From positions 24,800,001 through 24,864,000 of the forward strand of contig OZ024758.1 of NCBI GenBank assembly GCA_964016885.1: DNA of 64,000 nucleotides, in the 5' to 3' direction. The notes under the pieces were generated by a model. It did no database searches. It was not told where the DNA came from and saw only the letters and a list, made by a program, of their open reading frames with translations. A program made the position numbers and the translations under genes. Below, piece after piece: positions 56,583 through 64,000 of the stretch. Source of the stretch: Eledone cirrhosa (lineage: Eukaryota). Within the stretch, counting starts at the first letter, position 1, and each line of letters begins with the position of its first letter.

Positions 56583-56935
56583 CCACCGAGATTGACTGCC
56601 TTTCATCCTTACGGGGTTGATAAAATAAGGTACCAGTTATACACTGAGGTAATTGCTGGCCTTGTGCTAAAAGTAGAAACAATTATTTAAGAGAAAAGCT
56701 GTAATTGTATCAGTAAAGAAAGACAGGATTCTGGAGCATTATAAATTATGTGGATAGGCAGAATCGGTAGAGGGTCGGACGTCATTCTTTGCCGTATAGA
56801 GGTATGGCCCTTTATGGTCCGAGTTCAAATCCTGCCGAGGTTAACTTTGCCTTTCATCCTTACAGGGTCGATAAAAAAGTACCAGTAATGCACTAGGGTA
56901 ATTGCTGGCCTTGTGTCAAAAGTAAAAACAATTAT
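56583..56935 (+). mobile_element. Two SINE B copies
   Basis: 56583-56688, 56750-56935. Confidence 0.8.
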
Positions 56936-57995
56936 AAATTATGTGGGGCTCAGCCACTTTGACTGTGTTCCGCTGATCGAATCACTCGGATCACCTGTCG
57001 TCGCAACCGACGGAGGCCCGTGATATGTGCTCGGTACTTAGTAGTATAGCAAGAGAGTTGAGACGATGGCAGTCCGTCATGAATGGGACCTTTTGGTGGG
57101 GATGGGGATGAGGGGAGCAATTTTGGTCTACTGCATTGTTTTCCTTGCGTGTGTGGAGAAGGTAAACGGTAAATTCAAAGACCCACCCTCCTCTCAAACG
57201 TCACAAGCTCTAGCTACGGAACCACTGATTCCCTAATCTGGAGCTATTACCTGGAGTGTTGTTTCGGCTTTTTTGTCTACACACGATGTCACCGCGAAAG
57301 GTTATCAGAAGTCACAATGCCAAAGTGTTAGGATCTTTTAATTGCATGTGATTATTAAGTAGGAAAACTATAGATCAGTGTCTTATTTGAAATGATATAT
57401 AGTGACTATGTTTTGATAAAGTCAGACTAGGTTTTTATATCCTCATGGGAGAATGCTTTTGAGATCTCTGCTAGTAGAAACAGTGCACATCTGGTATAAC
57501 ATGTCTAGGTTGCATATGGGTGACGCCTATGTGAAAAAAAAAAAAAAGGTTATCGAGGAGTTAAGGGAGATATGATAGGCATAGAAGTACATGTGTGGTT
57601 TGAAATGTCAACGAGTAGATCGTTCATGTAGACAAGGAAGAATTTGTGAGATATAACTAAATGTGGAAATCACCTGAAATGAAAACCTTGTCAACACACG
57701 CTGCAATAGGACGGCCTGACGGAATACTTCAGGTCAAAAAGAGACGATTAACAAAAGTCTTAATGTTAGTTCCTTCCTGACTTCATTGACCAAATGAATG
57801 GACGTGTGGTTAAGGAAGTTCACTTCGCAATCATTTGGCTCCAGTTCCTATTCCATTACGCGGGACATAAGAAAACTACCTCCTCATGTCGACCCAATCA
57901 TTGTGAGCGAAATTAAGTGAACTGAATCTATTCGGAAACCTGTAGGACTGCATGTGTTCTTGGGTGGTAGGCGTTATTCTTCGTTCGGGTTAACC

Positions 57996-58377
57996 AGACC
58001 TGTCCACTCTCCCCGTCCAACGAGGAGATCTCCCACCCACTTTGGGGTGAGTGAGAGAGGTCTTCTCTTGTAAAAAATGGGTATAACTTTCATTAGGGTC
58101 GGACAACATGCTTTGTAGTACAGAGTTACGCCCCTTTCTGATCCGAGTTCAAATCCTGCCGAGGTTAACTTTGCCTTTCATCCTTTCGGGGTCGATAAAA
58201 TAAAGTACCAGTAATGTACTGAGTAATTGCTGGCCTTGTGCCAAAAAGTAGAAACAATTATGTAAAAAGTAGAAACAATTATGTAAAATCTCCCTATGTT
58301 TCCTCATTTCTCCCCCATTTTGGAGCACTCGTTTCCATGGTACCCCCTGTTTGGGTTTTTAGAGGTTGGCAGGTCTT
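57996..58377 (-). mobile_element. AGACCTG-type MITE with nested SINE B (58095-58285)
   Basis: CAGACCTGTC...GTTGGCAGGTCT ends; SINE interrupts at about the same internal position as in the 4218 copy. Confidence 0.7.
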
Positions 58378-58473
58378 TATATATATATATATATATATCC
58401 GGGAGCTTCCAACAGAAATGGTCGCATTCTTTAAGGGTATGTCAATATTTATTTATAAAACTGCTCTATATTT

Positions 58474-58538
58474 TATTTTATCTGATGAAAGCACACCATA
58501 ATTTAACTTGGTGTCCTTGAAATATGTATTATGAAATA
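58474..58538 (+). ncRNA. Minimal type I hammerhead ribozyme (family 1)
   Basis: TATTTTAT-CTGATGA-AAGCACACCA taatttaact TGGTGTCCTT-GAAAT-ATGT-ATT-ATGAAATA within TA-flanked element 58398-58670. Confidence 0.8.
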
Positions 58539-58681
58539 AATATGGTTTTATAAATATAGTTTCCATTTGTTAATATATCGTATTTTTACTCCAATAATTT
58601 ATGAGTGCTTTATATCAGTTATAAAAATATTTGCTTGTTGTATCCCAACAATTTAAATAGAACTTCTACATATATATATAT

Positions 58682-58865
58682 AGTTTTAATATAGATGAGA
58701 TTCTACAGGACTAGAACTGTTTCATTATTTAGAAATCATCAGGATGATTTCTAAAGAATGGTGAATTCTAAAGAATGAAACAGTTCTAGTCCTGTAGAAT
58801 CTCATCTATATTAAAACTTTTATACTCTGCAATGTGGTTACCTCCGATTCAACCCGGAATAACGT
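58682..58865. mobile_element. Fold-back TA-embedded element (family 7) with degenerate hammerhead cores
   Basis: Inverted arms 58682-58735 / 58766-58818; minus CTGATGA-TTTCTAAATAAT-GAAAC-agttcta-GTC; plus TGA-ATTC-taaa-GAAT-GAAAC; related copy at 54585-54690. Confidence 0.55.
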
Positions 58866-59092
58866 ATATATATATATATATATATTGAGCACATTATTTA
58901 CAGGGAATAACGACGGCCTATGCCTCCGTTAATTTATCGTTATATATATATATATTTTTTTTTTAAGTAAAAAGAAATTCAAACACAAACTGGCGTGAAA
59001 GCCGATGTGCTTATTCAAGCCATGACATTATGATCCTAAGTCTAACACCCTTACCACTAGGTACGTGCCTCCACCCTAGAAGACACAATAAT

Positions 59093-59308
59093 GATTTCTA
59101 CTTTAGGCACAAAGCCAGCAATTTGGCGAGACGGGAAAGTCGATTAAATCGACTACCAGTGCATTACTGGTACTTTATTTTTATCGACCCCGTAAGAATG
59201 AAAGGCAAAGTTAACCTCGGCGGGATTTGAACTCAGAACGTAAAGAGACGTAACTATGCTGCAAAGCATGGCGTCCGACGCTCTACCGATTCTGCCAATC
59301 AACCGCCC
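59093..59308 (-). mobile_element. SINE B (adjacent SINE A head at 58985-59072)
   Basis: Consensus match. Confidence 0.8.
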
Positions 59309-60200
59309 TTCCTATAAGAGATAATACCATTAAGGAGAATAACGAAGACAATACCATGGCTCTTCCTATCCCACAATCCTATTTTATTGCGTCTAAGATA
59401 CTCTGGTGCCATACTTTTATTTCCAACGTTTTGTGGAAACTTGCAAATATTAATAAATAACGAAAAGAGACCCACCAAATATCATAAAATGTCAAATTAT
59501 CTCCTTTTTTTACTGACACATGAAAAAAAAGTAATTAAAATATATATAATTATCAGATAATTCTTGTTCTATTAAAAATAAGAAACCTCGGTGAAAAACC
59601 ATATGGATTAAATTTACAGAGCTGCCTGCTCGAGTATTTCATATAACTGGAGTAATGTACCAAAAAATACTGACTTTTGATTAAAGAAATTCTAACATTT
59701 TTCTCATAGATATAAAACAAAAATAGAAGATATTTTATACATACTTAAAATCATCATAGACAAAATAGTTGGAGGTGGAGGTTAATCGTTTGGACGTCAC
59801 TTTATCAAGTATTTATGAAGAAAATCTGTAAAAAGAAAAGTAAGAATACATAAATAAAATAAATAATTTTTGCATCATAGTTAAAATATACAGCAATCTT
59901 CATACACAAATATTTTATATTTTGTAATGCAAATCATTATATATAACGGCCCTTTATGATTTCAGTTCAAATAACGCTGAGGTTAACTTGCCTTTTATCC
60001 TTACGGGGTCGATAAAATAAAGCACCAGTAATGCACTGGGGTAATTGCTGGCCTTGTACCAAAAAGTAGAAACAATTATATATAAACAGCCCTAGAAACG
60101 CTGTATGACTCTACAGCGCTTCCTCGACTCCATCAGGCGTTACGGGACTTTTAGAAGACTGTACTTATTTAGAGTGTTTTTTTTTAATGTTGTATAATAT

Positions 60201-60392
60201 CAGACCTACCAAACTCTAAAACCCCAAACGGGGAAGTACCATGAAAAAGCATGCCCCAAAACGGAGAGAAATGAGGCAAAATGGGGCGATTTTTACATAA
60301 TGAAAGCCAAACCCATTTTCACAAAAAAGATATCTCTCACCCACCCAAAGTGGGTGGAAGATCTCGTTGGACAGGGAGAGTTGACAGGTCTG
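60201..60392 (+). mobile_element. AGACCTG-type MITE, full length
   Basis: CAGACCTACCAAAC...GAGTTGACAGGTCTG. Confidence 0.72.
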
Positions 60393-60784
60393 CAATATCT
60401 AGGTGACAGTCACTTAAAATTTCTTATGTTAACCTCAAAATACACTTAGAGATTTCAGTATATGCATTAATTAAACTAATTAAGGTTATGTGTCCTATAT
60501 CCTAAATAAGGACTCGGTCTCATTTGTATTAATGATGATCGAGTATGTACTAGCGTTGAGCTATGAAAGGAAATGCTAGATAAATAACAGTATTATTTAT
60601 ACGTTTTTATATTGTTTATTACTGTTAGAAATTGATATAGTTTATGTAGTTGCAGAGGAAATCCTGTTTCAAAGAGACAACTTCATCTTTATAATACTGA
60701 AAGACTTCCATCAGAATATAGCGAGATCATTAGATATAATGTAGATGACTGCAGCCATTTTGATACGTGGGAGATAACAATTTC

Positions 60785-60851
<67 letters not shown>

Positions 60852-60856
<5 letters not shown>

Positions 60857-61513
60857 ACTCTCCCGTCGATATCCGAAGTATGAGTGTCTAACAAAAGTTC
60901 AGCTCTCTGGATGGCGGTGTCTCATGTGACATTTTAATCTCGCCGGTGACCCACAGATCAAGCCACATAGGTCGCTAGAGCAAAGGTTTATAGAGAGGCT
61001 TGCGGGTTTCTAGGCCCGTTGTCTCGTCCCTGTTCGGTCAACACACAATTTCTCTGTGGGACTGAATTCAAAGCTCCTGATCCCACTATGGCAACTCTCT
61101 CTCCAGTCCTTTCTGTCAGCAGAAATTTGTTCACAATCACGGAAAGGGATTGCAAGAGCAGTGAGATTTGATTTCAAATCATCCTTATATCGTTGCCATG
61201 GTCTACCAACTTTCCTGTTGCCGCTGCTAAGCTGACCATACACGAGGACTTTTGGAATTCTGTCGTCACTCATGCGGATGACATGGTCAGCCCAACGAAG
61301 CTGAGATTGCATAAGGAAAGTTTCAATTCCGCCAATGTTGCATTTGGTAAGGATATCGGCGTTGGAGATTTTATCTTCTCGTTCATGACCACAGGTGGAT
61401 CTCAAACATCGCTTGTGAAACACATCCAGCTGGTTTATGTGTGGCCGGTATGGTGTCCAGGACTCTGATCCATAAAGCAAAGTGGTGAGAACAACTGCCT
61501 TATACACTTGCAT
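60852..61513 (-). mobile_element. RTE-clade LINE 3' fragment with C2H2-like tail, in (TA)n
   Basis: VYKAVVLTTLLYGSESWT...FHKRCLR...QLRWADHVIRMSDDRIPKVLVYGQL...GRPWQRYKDDLK; downstream frame CGLICGSPARLKCHMRHRH; TA runs both sides. Confidence 0.88.
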
Positions 61514-61530
61514 ATATATATATATATATA

Positions 61531-61680
61531 TGGAGGCACACGGCTTAGTGGTTAGAGCATTGGCCTTGCAATCGAAAGGTTGCGAATTCAATTCTCAGAC
61601 CGGGTGATGTGTTGTTTCCTTGAGCAAGACACTTTATTTCACATTGCTCCAGTTTACTCAGCTGTAGAAATGAGATGATA
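61531..61680 (+). mobile_element. SINE A 5' portion
   Basis: GGAGGCACACGGCTTAGTGGTTAGAGCA head and CCTTGAGCAAGACACTTTATTTCAC domain. Confidence 0.75.
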
Positions 61681-61744
61681 AGGACTGGGGTCCCTATCAT
61701 TCCACTGCAAAGTGGTCGTGGAGGTGCCACGGCAAAAAAGCACC

Positions 61745-62127
61745 CAGCATAGAGTTACGTCCCTTTGTGATCTGAGTTCAAATCCCGCTGAGGTTAACTT
61801 TGCCTTTCATCCTTATGGGGTCGATAAAATAAAGTACCAGTAATGTACTGGGTATTTGCTGGCCTTGTGCCTAAACTGGAAACAATTATTTTTTGTTTTA
61901 ATAATATAATATATAATATCATTAATTATAATACATAATAATTGTTTCTACTTTTGGCACAAGGCCAGCAATTACACAGTGTATTACTGGTACTTTATTT
62001 TATCGACCCCGTAAGGATGAAAGGCAAAGTTAACCTCGGCGGAATTTGAACTCAGAATGGCAAGGGCCGTAACTATGCGTCAAAGCATGGCGTCCGACCC
62101 TCTACCGATACTGCCAATCCACCGCCC
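61745..62127. mobile_element. Tail-to-tail inverted pair of SINE B
   Basis: Plus copy 61745-61890, minus copy 61937-62127. Confidence 0.85.
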
Positions 62128-62150
62128 TTATATATATAATTTTCTATTTC

Positions 62151-62325
62151 AGAGCTCCTACAGTTTGGAAGAGAGGCTGCTTGCAAGTGTATGGACTCAT
62201 GATCGTCTGCATTCTGGCAAGAGCATGGAGGATGTGGGACATGACTTCACTGCAAGATTCGGCAAACCAGCTCTTCCGAAGATGACGATACTGCGATGGG
62301 AACATAAACTGTTTCTCATTACTTT
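62151..62325 (+). pseudogene. Tc1/mariner-type transposase N-terminal HTH (DUF4817-like) fragment
   Basis: SSYSLEERLLASVWTHDRLHSGKSMEDVGHDFTARFGKPALPKMTILRWEHKLF resembles YSxEER...FxxRF...PxxxTIxxWxxKxxxTG. Confidence 0.6.
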
Positions 62326-62729
62326 TTGGTAGGGGGGGGGGGGGGGTCAAGACTAGTTTATACAAACAAAATGTGAAATAAAGAGGCTTGCTCAAAGACA
62401 ACGCACTGCTGGGATCGATCTACCAACATCACGATTGTGAACTGAACACCTTAACCCCTAAGCCACGCGCCTTCAAAAGTATATTAATAATCATATATTT
62501 CACATTAACTTAGAATTCTTTCTCAGTGCTGGATTAGTATGACCCCCCACCCCTCCACACATAAAATACTAAATAAAAAATACCAAGATTAATTCGTGCT
62601 CCCATTAATAAAAAACACACGTACTTCCTTCTGTTATATAAACTATGAGTCATGTCTTTAATTTGCTTATATATATATATATATGCGTGTGTGTGTGTGT
62701 GTGTGTACATACGCATACATACACACGCG

Positions 62730-62783
<54 letters not shown>

Positions 62784-63504
62784 TATATATATATATATAA
62801 TGTGAGAGAGAGAGAGAGACTTCTTTTTTTCCCTTCGTGTTTTCACACGCGCGTGTATGTCGACGAATGTACACACACAATGGTAATTTCTGTAAAGATA
62901 CTTATGTTTATAACTAAAGATAACATTAACATTTGTGCTTATATGAAGTCTATAAAATCATTAACTTATCTAAATATAATTATATAACAGTTATTTCCTT
63001 CATTAAATCTATATGTCAACAGCTATACAATAGTGAATGTGTATTATAACGATATGGGACATGAAACTTGTAAGAATGCAACATAAATGGTAAAAATGTT
63101 TTAAAGAAATGAGAATGTGCATAAAATATAATCAAATATGACATCAGATAAGATGAAAAAATATGATAAACAAACTGAATGCTGGTATGATATAATCACT
63201 GTAAAAAATCTTTTGTTAAAATGTGCAAAGTAAGGAATTGCTTTTTTTTTAAAATAACGAATTACAAAAGGGATGTGCATTGGGTTGATTTTATCAACTT
63301 AGGAAATTATGAGAATAAGAAAATTCTTTTGTAGGTCATCGTGTTAAGAACATTAAGATTCTTGTTGCTTTGATAATGAAAGGAAAGATGAATTATTTGT
63401 GTATATGCTATATCTTCAGCAATGTTAATAGATAGTTAAATCTTATGAAATGCATATAGGGTTTGATCAAATATTATGGTTCTTTAATTATATGGACTCA
63501 CTGA

Positions 63505-63790
63505 GAATATATTCAAAAGCCGATTGTATCAGCATTTACATTCATTCAGTTCAAGGTAAATTCATACAGAAAATGATTCATCCCCGTCCCAAATCATCTG
63601 GAAACTCAAAAACCAAGGATCTGAATACACTCCAATAATATGGAACCTCATCATCGGTAAAATTGACTCCATAAACCAGGAAACTGCAGGCTATGTCTAA
63701 CTGAACGGTTCCATATATTAAACTGACAGCTACATCATTTAATCGGAAATCAGAAATGTTATTGTCGCTGTTGACAAAAATATATTTTGG
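63505..63790 (+). pseudogene. Frameshifted Naiad-like GIY-YIG relic
   Basis: Across frames: IYSKADCISIYIHSVQGKFIQK / SQIIWKLKNQGSEYTPIIWNLI / GNCRLCLTERFHILN / FNRKSEML. Confidence 0.6.
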
Positions 63791-64000
63791 TGAGTTCCAC
63801 ATGCCCTAAAATCTTCGGTCCACTTTCAAATCCACGACCAACAGATTCAACGAGTACCACAGAGTAGCTACCCCTTGATGTTCACATACTCTACCTCATA
63901 GTCGACCACTTGACGCGCCAAGATCAATGGAAAACAACCTAACTGGTGAATAGCAAAATCTCTGTTTCACCCATTCACTAATTATAACCTACACGAACAT

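Noticed and set aside
61531-61600. tRNA genes at SINE heads
   Set aside because: A/B boxes present but no complete cloverleaf; each continues into SINE body sequence
63578-63802. 74-aa minus-strand ORF as a host exon
   Set aside because: Frame is closed upstream; the plus strand explains it as a GIY-YIG relic

Overview
AT-rich, repeat-saturated eukaryotic DNA with no supportable host gene, rRNA, true tRNA or CRISPR array. The SINE families resemble those of octopod cephalopods (inference). All long ORFs in the track are translated microsatellites. Contents: about 35 copies or fragments of one tRNA-derived SINE, a second SINE group, several MITEs, 3' fragments of RTE-clade and CRE-clade (RLE) LINEs, a Tc1/mariner HTH relic, many mini/microsatellites and a 200-N gap. 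The most notable signal is a dense set of (TA)n-embedded Penelope-like elements. They carry ten complete type I hammerhead ribozyme motifs from four sequence families, mostly minimal forms with a short or palindromic helix III. Partial or variant hammerheads from about four more families are also present. One element (15665-17708) retains an open Naiad-type GIY-YIG C-terminus missed by the ORF track, bracketed by 204-bp inverted pseudo-LTRs. Several short copies are fold-back palindromes whose symmetry axis lies at or just upstream of the ribozyme. Also seen: an RTE insertion with twin-priming-type 5' inversion, and satellites born inside SINEs and MITEs.
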